Positions 1 to 9,136 of a DNA stretch of 53,889 nucleotides are shown in pieces. Source of the stretch: Acidobacteriaceae bacterium (lineage in GTDB: Bacteria > Acidobacteriota > Terriglobia > Terriglobales > Acidobacteriaceae). Numbering within the stretch: position 1 is the stretch's first letter; the number at the start of each line of letters is the position of its first letter. The notes beneath the pieces were generated by a model. It ran no database searches. It had not been told where the DNA came from and saw only the letters and a program-made list of their open reading frames with translations. A program made the translations under genes and the position numbers. Location: assembly GCA_030040935.1 (NCBI GenBank), contig JASHSG010000135.1:1-53889 (forward strand), written 5' to 3'.

Positions 1-2
1 CC

Positions 3-323
3 GGACTTATCGGCGAACGTCAGCTTGGATTGCTTCGCCAGGGTGCTCTGCTGGTCAACTCCGCACGTGGCCCGATTGTCGATACGGATGCGCTCGTGAA
101 AGCGCTCAACTCGGGGCGCATCCGCGCCGCGCTGGATGTGACCGAGCCGGAGCCGCTGCCGGAAGGGCATCCGCTGTGGAGCTGCCCCAACCTCCTGCTC
201 ACGCCGCATATCGGCGGATCTACTCCGCAGTTTGCGCCCCGCGCGCTGCGCACGGTTGCCGATGAGCTGCGGAGGTACCTGAGCGGAGAACCGCTGCAAA
301 ATACGGTGCAAACAGCTAGTTAA
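3..323 (+). CDS. D-isomer-specific 2-hydroxyacid dehydrogenase, C-terminal part (truncated by window start)
   Basis: Frame is open from base 3; family motifs LVNSARG, AALDVTEPEP and LLTPHIGG. Confidence 0.88.
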   Translation, partial: GLIGERQLGLLRQGALLVNSARGPIVDTDALVKALNSGRIRAALDVTEPEPLPEGHPLWSCPNLLLTPHIGGSTPQFAPRALRTVADELRRYLSGEPLQNTVQTAS

Positions 324-910
324 GCGTTGGCTGCTGCACGCCGCCAGTTGCGCAAACCAAGCACCGCGAGCGGCACAAAGCCTGCATACAGCAGGGCAGT
401 CGGCCACAGGTCTTTGTAGATATATTCTCCCACGTAAATCACATCCACAAGAATCCAAAGCCACCAGTTAGCAATATGCTTGCGCGCCTGCCACCAGGTG
501 GCCACGAGGCTATAGCTCATCAGCGTCGCATCCAAATACGGCAGCGCGGCGTGAAAGCGCCGGGCCAGCGTGCCCAGCGCGAAGCTGCCGCCAACGCCGA
601 AGCAGGCGGCAACTATCAGGCTTTGCAAGGGCAACGGCTCGACGCGTACCTCGCCTTCCTCGCGCACGCCGCGCCACCAGTGCCACCAACCATACACTGT
701 GAAAACCACGAAGAAGACCTGGAGTAACGCATCGGACAGCAGGCCGGCGCGGAAGAAGACCACGATATAGATAAAGATGGAGACGAGCGTGATGGGCCAG
801 CAGATGAGCTGACGCCTTGTTGTAAGCCAGATTCCGAGAGCAGCGGTTACGACGCCGGCGAGTTCCAGGCCGTGCGCTTCCAGATAACCGGTGACAACGC
901 TCGATATCAT
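320..910 (-). CDS. pnuC: PnuC-family vitamin transporter (probably thiamine-specific, PnuT-like)
   Basis: 196-aa polytopic membrane protein with YGWWHW and NWWLWILVD motifs; last gene of the TPP-riboswitch operon; ATGA overlap with the kinase. Confidence 0.88.
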   Translation of the reverse strand: MISSVVTGYLEAHGLELAGVVTAALGIWLTTRRQLICWPITLVSIFIYIVVFFRAGLLSDALLQVFFVVFTVYGWWHWWRGVREEGEVRVEPLPLQSLIVAACFGVGGSFALGTLARRFHAALPYLDATLMSYSLVATWWQARKHIANWWLWILVDVIYVGEYIYKDLWPTALLYAGFVPLAVLGLRNWRRAAANA

Positions 911-2121
911 GGCTGAGCCGCTCTCGTTTCCTTCCTTCCGGCGTGGAGCAAGTCTTTGCGGACTGCGCGGCGGCGCAGCGCTCCGAGGAGCTTGCGGCCG
1001 GGGGCACTGGAGAACCAGCTTGCGTGCCCGACGAGCCAGCCGTCATAGGCCATCCGCGCTTTCTCTTCAGAGTGCAGAGCGCCGAGAAAATAATCGGCCT
1101 CTGAGAGCGCGAATTCGGCATGGCAGAGCGCGACCATCGGCGCCAGCGCGGAAGATTCTTCGCTCGAGAGGGGGCGAACGCATTCGTAGCCGTCGAGAAG
1201 CGCTTCCAGATGGTTGAAATGAACGGGCACATCGTCCGCGCGATTGGGATTGTTGACAAGAGCCAGCCACTCGACGATGTTGCGCTCGATGGCATGGGCA
1301 ATGTCGTGCACGGCGTTGGTGCGGTCGGCAAGGCCGAAGTCGATGATCGAGGTGGCGTGTGCGTGCCAGCCGCGATATCGGCCCGGATCGCTCCAGAAAA
1401 TATTTGAAGCGTGGAGATCGTTGTGCGTCCAGAGCGGGGAAAGTGCGGCGAGATACGGCAAAAGCTCGGCGTGAAAGGGTGCGAGAAGATCGAGAGCCTG
1501 GTTCGCGCTGGCGTGGACGGCTTTGTTTGGGGCGAGCGAAGGGCGCGAGGCCAGGTAGCGCTTCATCGCGGCGGCCGGATCGCCAGCTGCGAAGATGGTG
1601 AAGCTCGCAATGAGCGGACGAGGCTTGCGGGGCGAAGCATCGAAGTCCTTCGCCGCAAGGTGCAGTCGCGCAAGCGCGGCGCCTGCGGAGTGCGCGTGGG
1701 CCGCGCTGCGAAAGGGCGTCCAGGAGATTGCGTCTTCGTAAAGATCGATACCGGCCGGAATCCCATGGACCTCGTAGGTCCATTCACCGGCTTCGAACGC
1801 CGTTTCGCCGGAGTGAGAGCGAAGGACATGCGGAACGGATGCCCCATGCTCAAGCAAATGGGCCAAGAAGCGATGCTCCTCCAGAAGCCCCTCGCGATCG
1901 CGCACGGTGCGATGGTGGCGCTTGATGAAGGCGCGACTATTCCCAGTGACCACGACACCCGCCGCCGAAAACGGGCGTGGGCTCGCGGAAACGATGCGCG
2001 CGGGTGCGCCGAGCTCGGGAAATTGTGCGAGAAGGGGGCGCAGCTCATCCATCGTGAGCGGGAGCCAGTCGGGCTCGACCAGCGAGCCGTCCATGCCGTG
2101 GGCTCTGATTATTGCGCTCAT
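907..2121 (-). CDS. Aminoglycoside-phosphotransferase/choline-kinase family protein, putative thiamine kinase
   Basis: Brenner motif THNDLHASN and IIDFG. Start placed at MSAIIRAHG (2121) because the longer ORF overlaps the receptor. Substrate inferred from context. Confidence 0.8.
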   Translation of the reverse strand: MSAIIRAHGMDGSLVEPDWLPLTMDELRPLLAQFPELGAPARIVSASPRPFSAAGVVVTGNSRAFIKRHHRTVRDREGLLEEHRFLAHLLEHGASVPHVLRSHSGETAFEAGEWTYEVHGIPAGIDLYEDAISWTPFRSAAHAHSAGAALARLHLAAKDFDASPRKPRPLIASFTIFAAGDPAAAMKRYLASRPSLAPNKAVHASANQALDLLAPFHAELLPYLAALSPLWTHNDLHASNIFWSDPGRYRGWHAHATSIIDFGLADRTNAVHDIAHAIERNIVEWLALVNNPNRADDVPVHFNHLEALLDGYECVRPLSSEESSALAPMVALCHAEFALSEADYFLGALHSEEKARMAYDGWLVGHASWFSSAPGRKLLGALRRRAVRKDLLHAGRKETRAAQP

Positions 2122-2164
2122 TCGTGCTGACCGCTTCCGAATCTTATGTCCGCTCGCGCGGCTG

Positions 2165-4612
2165 CTAGAACGTGTAGTGGGCATCGAGGCGAACCGTTGG
2201 AGGCGCGCCCAGCCAGACGAAGGTATCGCCGTAACTGGCGCCGGTGTCGGACCAGTAGCGCTTGTTGGTAATGTTGTCCGCATAAATGTGGAAGGCGACG
2301 TGGCCCTCGTCGCCTCCGGGCGTGTAGCGCGCCCCCAGGTTAAAGAGGTTGTAACTGGGGACGCTCACCTGATCGTCGCGCGTGGCATATTTGCGTGATG
2401 TGTAGCTCCAACCCGGCAACAAGTGAAGGTTGCGCAGGTGCGGCACTGCAACATCGGCAAACACAACTGTATGCAGATGCGGCACGTTGATTACCTGCTT
2501 GTTATCGAAGGAGGGCGTCCCGGTTTCAGTCGAGACGGCGCTCATGGCAGCGGCTGAAGCGTTAAGACGGAGCCATCCGGCAGCTTTGCCTTGGGCGCTT
2601 AGTTCGACTCCGTCATGTGTTTCGCGGCCTTCCTGCTCGAAGCATTGATCGCCTGCATCTCCCGCGGGGCAGAAGTCATCGGGCCCGGCGATCGTCTTGG
2701 GATAGAAGAAAGGTGCGCGCATGTGAAAGAAGTCGGCGGTGAGCAGAATGCGCTGGCCGGGCTCATACTTGGCGCCCACTTCGCCCTGTCGGGTGAAGAA
2801 CGGCGCCAGAAACTGGCTGCCGTTATCGGTCCAGAACGGGGCCTGCGGACCGAGCGACAGCATCACGCCGTAGTTCGAGTAGACCGTAAGAAATTTGGCA
2901 GGGTTGTATGTCACAGCGAACTGCGGCAACCAGACGGGCTTGTTGGAATCTTCGGGCGCGCAGGGATTGGGGAGGGTCACAGTCGCGGAATTGAGTTCGG
3001 CGGGATCGGTACAGCTCGCATATGCGGAGTAGTTATGGTCGCGGAGCGAATCGTAGCGCGTGCCGGCGATAAGTTGAATGCGGCCCGGAAGATGAATGCG
3101 ATCCTGGATAATGGCGGACGACTGATGGCTATCTTCCCAAAGCCGGCGCGGACCGGCCGACTCGAACGGATACTCGAGCGAGCTCGGGTCGCCGGGCGCC
3201 GGCAGCGACGCGATGGATTCATAGATATTCTCCGAGCCGACATATGTGTAGACTGCGCCGTCCTGCACAATGCCGTCGGCCGAATACGGGTTTGCCGCAG
3301 TGTAGAAGCCGGGCTGGTGCACGCTGCGCAGAAACAAAACGCCGCCCCCGGTGACGTCTTGCTCGATCGCTCCCATTTTGATGTGTCCGGTCAGAATGGC
3401 TTCGACCTCAGCATCGATGCGCAGCTCACCGGGATCGCGGTAATCGTAGATATCGTAAGTTCCATCGGGTGCGAAGAACCATGGGTAAGGAGCTGAACCG
3501 GTGTTGCACTCGGCCTCGTAATAGCAGCCGTAAGCGTAGATCACGTTGTCCTGGATCAGCGAATGGCTGAAGCTGGCTGCCCCGAAGACCACCCATGAGG
3601 GCGAGAAGGAGCGATCGATGCGGGCAACGGTGTTGAACGTGTCGTAGGTGTCGGGAGGGCCCCAGGGCTGATCGCCGAGCATGGTGGAGCGGTAGATGCG
3701 GTTGATGTCGGGCAGCACCGTTCCACCGAGGAGCTGATAGCCGCTGCCGTCGCGCTCGGTCTTGTGCTGGTACTCGAAGTCGCCTTTGAGGATGGTGGCA
3801 GGATCCAGCTTCCAGTCGGCCGCGCCTGCGCCCACCGCGCGCCAGCCGTTGGTGTCATTCATGTAGGGAACAATGCGTTCGCCTGCCAGATTGACGCGCG
3901 CGCCCACTTGTTTGCGAATTCCGAAGAGATGGCCCAGATCAGCTGCGCCGTAAGCCGTTCCGCGGTGATCGGTGGCGAAGTCTAGGGCCTTGATGTTGGC
4001 CGGGCGTTTGGTCACATAATCAATCAACCCGCCGGCTGAGGCCACGCCGCTTTCCACGGCGGCAATTCCCTTGAGGAATTCAACGGCTTGCTTGTTTTCG
4101 AGCGGCACATCCTGCTCGCCTGCGATGGTCATTCCGTTGACCTCGAGTCCGGTGGCGAGATCGACGGGAAAGCCTCGAATCTGATAGTCGCCGTAGTAGC
4201 CCACGGGTACGTAGTCGTCGCCGACGGAGGCATCGTTCTGGATCACGTCGGAGAGCAGACGCGAGATCTGGTCGTTGAGCAAATCGCGCGTGACAACCGA
4301 GGCCGAGAGCGGTGCGGTCCCGAGGTTCGCGCCGCTGAGAGTGCCGACCGTCACGTATTGGGGAAGATAATTGTCTTCCACTTCCCCGTGGACGATGACG
4401 GTGGTGATGACGGGAGCGGGCTTCTGCGCGGCTGCGCCGGAGTTTTGCGTGGCCGCTGAACGACCGGGCGCCGAACCCGCGGTTTGCGCGCAGACATAGA
4501 CAGGCAAAGCGGCCACGGCGGTGAAAACCAGCCACAGAGCCAAGAGCCTGGGCTTGAGCGCGCAATTAAAAAGCGATGACGGCTGGCCGGCGTTTGACGC
4601 GGCTCGGTGCAT
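2165..4612 (-). CDS. TonB-dependent receptor, putative thiamine uptake
   Basis: Signal peptide, plug motifs (SASVVTRDLLNDQ, IRGF, VEFLKG, GGLIDYVTKRP), C-terminal DNITNKRYW...YTF; lies directly under the TPP riboswitch. Confidence 0.92.
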   Translation of the reverse strand: MHRAASNAGQPSSLFNCALKPRLLALWLVFTAVAALPVYVCAQTAGSAPGRSAATQNSGAAAQKPAPVITTVIVHGEVEDNYLPQYVTVGTLSGANLGTAPLSASVVTRDLLNDQISRLLSDVIQNDASVGDDYVPVGYYGDYQIRGFPVDLATGLEVNGMTIAGEQDVPLENKQAVEFLKGIAAVESGVASAGGLIDYVTKRPANIKALDFATDHRGTAYGAADLGHLFGIRKQVGARVNLAGERIVPYMNDTNGWRAVGAGAADWKLDPATILKGDFEYQHKTERDGSGYQLLGGTVLPDINRIYRSTMLGDQPWGPPDTYDTFNTVARIDRSFSPSWVVFGAASFSHSLIQDNVIYAYGCYYEAECNTGSAPYPWFFAPDGTYDIYDYRDPGELRIDAEVEAILTGHIKMGAIEQDVTGGGVLFLRSVHQPGFYTAANPYSADGIVQDGAVYTYVGSENIYESIASLPAPGDPSSLEYPFESAGPRRLWEDSHQSSAIIQDRIHLPGRIQLIAGTRYDSLRDHNYSAYASCTDPAELNSATVTLPNPCAPEDSNKPVWLPQFAVTYNPAKFLTVYSNYGVMLSLGPQAPFWTDNGSQFLAPFFTRQGEVGAKYEPGQRILLTADFFHMRAPFFYPKTIAGPDDFCPAGDAGDQCFEQEGRETHDGVELSAQGKAAGWLRLNASAAAMSAVSTETGTPSFDNKQVINVPHLHTVVFADVAVPHLRNLHLLPGWSYTSRKYATRDDQVSVPSYNLFNLGARYTPGGDEGHVAFHIYADNITNKRYWSDTGASYGDTFVWLGAPPTVRLDAHYTF

Positions 4613-4617
4613 GGAAA

Positions 4618-4650
4618 TCCTTCATTTCAGTGCTCGCATGAAACAAAGGA
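4618..4650 (-). promoter_or_regulatory. Shine-Dalgarno-sequestering hairpin (riboswitch expression platform)
   Basis: In the transcript UCCUUUGUUUCA pairs with UGAAAUGAAGGA (12 bp including two G-U), covering the AAGGA just upstream of the ATG at 4612. Confidence 0.75.
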
Positions 4651-4689
4651 GCTTGCGCCGCAAAGTGAGGTAAACGCCGCTCGGTTGGA

Positions 4690-4772
4690 GAAAACTTCCC
4701 ACGCCGGTATTACCCGGATCGGGTTCGAGGGTATTTCTCAGCCCCACCTCGCGTGGAGCACCCCTGTTTCAA
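4690..4772 (-). ncRNA. TPP (thiamine pyrophosphate) riboswitch aptamer
   Basis: Minus strand reads GAAACAGGGGTGC...GCTGAGAAATACCCTCGAACCCGATCCGGGTAATACCGGCGTGGGAAGTTTT, matching the THI-box consensus. Confidence 0.95.
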
Positions 4773-5494
4773 TAGCTCGATTGAAACACTGAGGGCGAGC
4801 GATTGGCAAATTGGGGCGGGCACCAGTATGGGACCGGCTGCGTGAAGCCGTGTTCATCACCCAGGGGGTACCCCACCCCCTCCCCCGCTTACTTCCTTGT
4901 GGCAAATTCCTCATGATGCAGGGTTTGTGCGAGGAGGCGAGAGACAAAATCCTGATTTCAAATTGGTTTTTTCGCAAGGTTCTCCGACTTCAAGGATTAG
5001 CGCTTCCAGCTCTCGTAGCCGAAAGCCGCTCTTTCTTGATCCTTTTCTCAATTGTGCTCCGATCCGCGAAATAAACTGCAATCTTGAGAAAAATGGCCTA
5101 ACGGGCGAGGGACGACGGAGAGAATAACTTACCCCTACTGCCCAAATTTATTTTTGGCTCAGGGGGCATGACATCTATGTCGATGCTGACGAAGTGAAGG
5201 GCAAAGCGAGGCGCTGGCGTGCGGAGCGGCGCGAGGGGAGCCGCTTTGTGGCATTGATCCTGAACATTGACGCCGATGCCCACGCCAGCAAAGAGCGGCC
5301 CACAACATCGGCCATCCATTTCAAGCCTCGAGGTGCCCTCCGGCGCAGTGCTCCGGTAAAGCTGTTGGCTTTCGGTCTCAAAAGGGGGCGACCCGGGGTG
5401 CCCCCGGCCCGGGTGTTATAAGTGACACGAAACGCAGAACCGGACCTTTGAAGTTTGTGCAGGCTCCGATCCAGACCAAATGAGGGAAACGACG

Positions 5495-5965
5495 ATGAAT
5501 CGCAGAGAGATGTTGGCGGCACTGGCCGCCACGGCAGCGGCGGGCGAGGCGCTCGCCTTTGCCCACACAACACCTGCAGCCACGCCGGTGATGGGGTCGA
5601 AGGTGTTCGACTGGAACGCGATGGTAGCGAAGCCGAACGCGACGGGTTCGGTGCGGTCCGTGTGCTCGGCGCCGACCGCAACGCTCGAGAATCTCGAGAT
5701 CCATGTCTCCACGCTGAACCCGGGGTTGAGGTCGCATCCGCCGCACAAGCATCCCAACGAGGAGCTGATCATCGTGCGGCAGGGGACGGTGGAGACCCTG
5801 TCAAATGGCGAGTGGATACGCGTCGGGCCGGGCAGCGTGATCTTCAACGCGTCGAACCAGGTGCACTGTTTCAGGAATGTGGGCGCCGATCCGGCGATTT
5901 ATCATGTGGTGAACTTTAAGACGGCGGCGACACCGGAGGGGAAGACGGAGATCGTGGGCAACTAG
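5495..5965 (+). CDS. Cupin domain protein with Tat signal peptide
   Basis: NRREML twin-arginine motif, hydrophobic stretch and ALA cleavage site; metal motif HPPHKHPNEE...H; GAGGG upstream. Confidence 0.85.
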   Translation: MNRREMLAALAATAAAGEALAFAHTTPAATPVMGSKVFDWNAMVAKPNATGSVRSVCSAPTATLENLEIHVSTLNPGLRSHPPHKHPNEELIIVRQGTVETLSNGEWIRVGPGSVIFNASNQVHCFRNVGADPAIYHVVNFKTAATPEGKTEIVGN

Positions 5966-5981
5966 CCCGCCAGGTCGGCTG

Positions 5982-7082
5982 CTACTTCGGCTGCACAATC
6001 GGCTCGCCGGGGATCGAGAGCCTGACACGGTAGACGCTGGAGCTGGCGCAGATGTAGAGGGTTTTTCGATCGGACCCGCCCCAGGCCACGTTGGCGACGC
6101 GCTCGGGGATGAGGAGCGTTGCGAGGCGCTTGCCTTCAGGCGAGAGAATCACCACGCCGCCGGGACCGGCGCTGTAGATGTTGCCTTCGACATCGACCTT
6201 CATGCCATCGGGTCCGCCGGGCCGCGGATCGCTGGTGCCGTCGTAGAGGAGTTTGGCATCGGCGAGCGTGCCGTCGGGCAGGACACGATAGCGCATCCAG
6301 ATTTTTTGGGGCTCGGTGGAGTCGACGTAGAGGAATTTCTCGCCGGGCGAGAAGGCGATCCCGTTGGGGCGAGACAAGTCGGAAACAAGGAGCTGGAGAT
6401 CGCCGCGCGAAGGCGGGGCGCCGGGCTTTTGCTGGAGCGCGCGAGGGATGCGATAGACGCCGTTGACCTGAAGTTCCTTTTCGGGGTCGGAGTCGTTCTG
6501 TTTGCGGAGGCCATAGGGCGGATCGGTGAAATAAAGTGAGCCGTCGGAACGGTAGACGAGATCGTTGGGGCTGTTGAGGCGGTGACCCTGATAGCGATCG
6601 GCGAGGACGGTCTGAACGGATTCTGGGTTGAGCGATTCAAATCGGAAAACATCGCGCTGGGCGTGGCCGGCGACGGTGAGGCGACCGAGCGTGTCGAGCG
6701 TCATGCCGTTGGAGCCTGGCTCGCGGCCGCCATAGGGAGCGGAGCCTTGGTAGCCGCTGGGCTGGAGGAAGATGCTTACGCCTTTTCCGGGGGTCCAGCG
6801 GCGGATCGAGTTCGAAGGAATGTCGGCGAAGAATAGGCCGCCATTGACCCAGACAGGGCCTTCGACCCAGGTGAATCCGGTGGCGATGCGCTCGAGTTTG
6901 GCAGCGGCGGGTATGATACGGCTGCTCGCGGGATCGGCCCGATCAACATTCAGGGCGGTGATGGCTGGCGCATCGGCCGCGGCAGATTGAGTGCATGCGG
7001 GGCGGGCGGCAGGGAAGAAGGCGAAAAGCGCAAAGGCCGCGGGTGCGACGAGGCGCGGCAGACGGGTCGAGAGAGTTTTCAT
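5982..7082 (-). CDS. SMP-30/gluconolactonase family protein, exported
   Basis: WVEGPVW, LNSPNDL, YFTDPPYG, PNGIAFSP and PDGMKVD motifs; N-terminal signal peptide. Confidence 0.92.
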   Translation of the reverse strand: MKTLSTRLPRLVAPAAFALFAFFPAARPACTQSAAADAPAITALNVDRADPASSRIIPAAAKLERIATGFTWVEGPVWVNGGLFFADIPSNSIRRWTPGKGVSIFLQPSGYQGSAPYGGREPGSNGMTLDTLGRLTVAGHAQRDVFRFESLNPESVQTVLADRYQGHRLNSPNDLVYRSDGSLYFTDPPYGLRKQNDSDPEKELQVNGVYRIPRALQQKPGAPPSRGDLQLLVSDLSRPNGIAFSPGEKFLYVDSTEPQKIWMRYRVLPDGTLADAKLLYDGTSDPRPGGPDGMKVDVEGNIYSAGPGGVVILSPEGKRLATLLIPERVANVAWGGSDRKTLYICASSSVYRVRLSIPGEPIVQPK

Positions 7083-7230
7083 TAGGTCTTTCCTGAGGTC
7101 AAGAGTACGGCCCATTTATCTTTCGCCGCAGGGCGCGGCGGAGTCAAGTGGGGAATTCACGGGCGCAGGATTCACTGGAAAGAAAAGGCTCTGCCAAAAC
7201 CGGGCGAGAGCGCATAGAATACGGGTTGGG

Positions 7231-7539
7231 ATGAGCAAGAAGGAGCGCAAATCGTTCGAAGTGGCGTGCCCTGATTGCGGGGCAATGCTGAAGATCGACG
7301 CGGAAACCGGGGTGCTGGTAAGCCATACTTCCGCGCCGCGCAAACGGATGTTCGAGGACCTGGAGACGGCGGCCAAGGCCATGCGCGAGCACGGAGAGCG
7401 CACGGAATCGATTTTCAGGCAGAGTGTGGACGCGGAAAAAAACAAGGCCGACCTTTTCGACAAGAAGTTTGCCGAGGCCATGCGCAAGGCGAAGGACGCG
7501 CCAGAAGGGAAGCCTTTGCGCGAGATCGACCTGGATTGA
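7231..7539 (+). CDS. Hypothetical protein, CxxC N-terminus and charged helical C-terminus
   Basis: FEVACPDCGAMLKID; protein-like composition; TAGAAT -10 hexamer 10 nt upstream of the ATG. Confidence 0.75.
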   Translation: MSKKERKSFEVACPDCGAMLKIDAETGVLVSHTSAPRKRMFEDLETAAKAMREHGERTESIFRQSVDAEKNKADLFDKKFAEAMRKAKDAPEGKPLREIDLD

Positions 7540-7638
7540 GAACGCGTCGATGTGCGGGCCAAAGCCGGTGCGCCTGGGTTTTGGAGCAATGCCTTGAAAG
7601 GCTGAGACTGAAAAAGCCGGAAAATGCAAGGAGGAGAC

Positions 7639-7974
7639 ATGGTGGTTGTGCCGCTAACGCAGGGAGCGAGCGCGCCAGGTGGTGCGACGTGCGAAGGGGA
7701 AGCGAGCTCCACGAACTGGATCCGGTACGCCGCAGCGGGAACCCTTGCGGCAAGCGGCGTGTTTTTGGTGACGGGCCAGCGCCGCCTCGGCCTGGTGACG
7801 GCCCTCTCAGGCGCCGCGCTGACGCTGATCGATCAGCAGGAAGTGGTGCGCAAGTGCTGGGACATGCTTCCCGAATTGCTTGAAGAGCTGCAGGGAATGC
7901 TGGGCAAGGCGCAGACCGCCGTCGAAGATCTATCGGCGCAGAGCGAGAAGCTGAGGAAGGTTTTAAGCCAATAG
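7639..7974 (+). CDS. Hypothetical small membrane-associated protein
   Basis: Strong RBS AAGGAGGAG before the ATG; two short hydrophobic segments followed by a coiled-coil-like tail. Confidence 0.72.
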   Translation: MVVVPLTQGASAPGGATCEGEASSTNWIRYAAAGTLAASGVFLVTGQRRLGLVTALSGAALTLIDQQEVVRKCWDMLPELLEELQGMLGKAQTAVEDLSAQSEKLRKVLSQ

Positions 7975-9021
7975 GACGCTGCAATCGGCAGCCAAGCGTG
8001 CTTCGCCGAGGTAGCCGTGAGCGCGAAACCATGCGATCTCATCGCGCAACGTCGACTCGATGGGCCGGAAGTCCAGGCCCAATTCATTGATTGATTTGCT
8101 GTGGTCGAAATTGAGCTGGTGCAGGCGCTGATCGAGAAGGCGCATCGCGGCGAGACTCAATGCGACTGGCCTGCCCGTGAGGCGCGCCCAGCACTCGCTG
8201 GCGGACGCAACGGCGTAGAGCACGGAGCGGGGGATAATTCGCCGGGGAACCGTGGCTCCGGTGATTGCCGCCAGAATCGTCAGGTATTGGCGCGAAGTGA
8301 ACGGGCGCCCGGCTGCGAGGTAACGCTGGCCGCGGCGGCCTTTGAGCGCGACGAGCAGCATGGCGCGAGCCACATCGCGCACGTCGACAATGGTGAATGC
8401 GCCGGGCAGAATTCCGGGAATTTTGCCGCGCAGAAAATCGAGTACTGATTGTCCTGCCGGCGTGGGCGCAGCGTCGCCGGGGCCATGCATCCAGCCGGGC
8501 AGGACCATGGCGGCCCACATATCGGCGTGGCGGCCAAGGAAGCTGAGGATTTCGCGTTCGGCGAGGATCTTGCTGCGATAGTAGGGCTCCGCACGGCGTT
8601 CATCGCGGAGCATGGTTTCGTCGATCAGCCCGGGGCCGCGTCCGTCAAGAACGGCGATCGAGCTGGCGTGGACAAAGCGGCGAACACCGGCCGAGTGTGC
8701 GGCGCGAAGAAGGCCGCGCGTGCCGGCCACGTTGACGGCGTAGAGCGCGTCCCAATGGCGACCGCCGCGAAGGTAGTCGCGATAGTAAGCCGCAGTGTGA
8801 AAGACGATGCTGGCTCCCGGGAGCGCGCTGGCGAACGAATCAACGTTGAGCAGGTCGCCCTGAACGATGTCGATGCGAGCGCCGGTGCATTGGACCGGAA
8901 CCTTGTCCACCTCGCCCGGGAGCACCAACGCTCGAACGTTGAAACCCTGGGCGGCAAGAAGTCGCACGAGATTGCTGCCGAGAAGACCGACGCCGCCGGT
9001 GACAAACGCAGTTTGAGTCAT
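7963..9021 (-). CDS. NAD-dependent epimerase/dehydratase (extended SDR, HpnA/dihydroflavonol-reductase-like)
   Basis: VTGGVGLLG Rossmann motif, FHTAA, VHASS and YYRSK catalytic motif. Confidence 0.88.
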   Translation of the reverse strand: MTQTAFVTGGVGLLGSNLVRLLAAQGFNVRALVLPGEVDKVPVQCTGARIDIVQGDLLNVDSFASALPGASIVFHTAAYYRDYLRGGRHWDALYAVNVAGTRGLLRAAHSAGVRRFVHASSIAVLDGRGPGLIDETMLRDERRAEPYYRSKILAEREILSFLGRHADMWAAMVLPGWMHGPGDAAPTPAGQSVLDFLRGKIPGILPGAFTIVDVRDVARAMLLVALKGRRGQRYLAAGRPFTSRQYLTILAAITGATVPRRIIPRSVLYAVASASECWARLTGRPVALSLAAMRLLDQRLHQLNFDHSKSINELGLDFRPIESTLRDEIAWFRAHGYLGEARLAADCSVLLA

Positions 9022-9136
9022 CAGGAAAGTGTCTCCGCAGCGCGCGGCACTGATGAGCGACGCGGCAGACCGCAAGCCGGCTGCAGCGTGTTCGTTCCAT
9101 CGGGGGACAACCTGGGGCAGTGCGAAAACGCGAAAA

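Noticed and set aside
4811-5074. 87-aa ORF with KxLxxxGL-like repeats
   Set aside because: The peptide periodicity only reflects the 25-bp DNA units; TTG start and atypical codon use.
5390-5416. Hairpin ACCCGGG...CCCGGGT containing GGTGCCCC as a third family-B repeat
   Set aside because: Only the terminal GGTGCCCC matches; the diagnostic core is missing.
5130-5421. Open frame ...QIYFWLRGHDIYVDADEVKGKARRW... as a small gene or remnant
   Set aside because: No good start or RBS and no recognisable family. A pseudogene fragment cannot be excluded but is unsupported.
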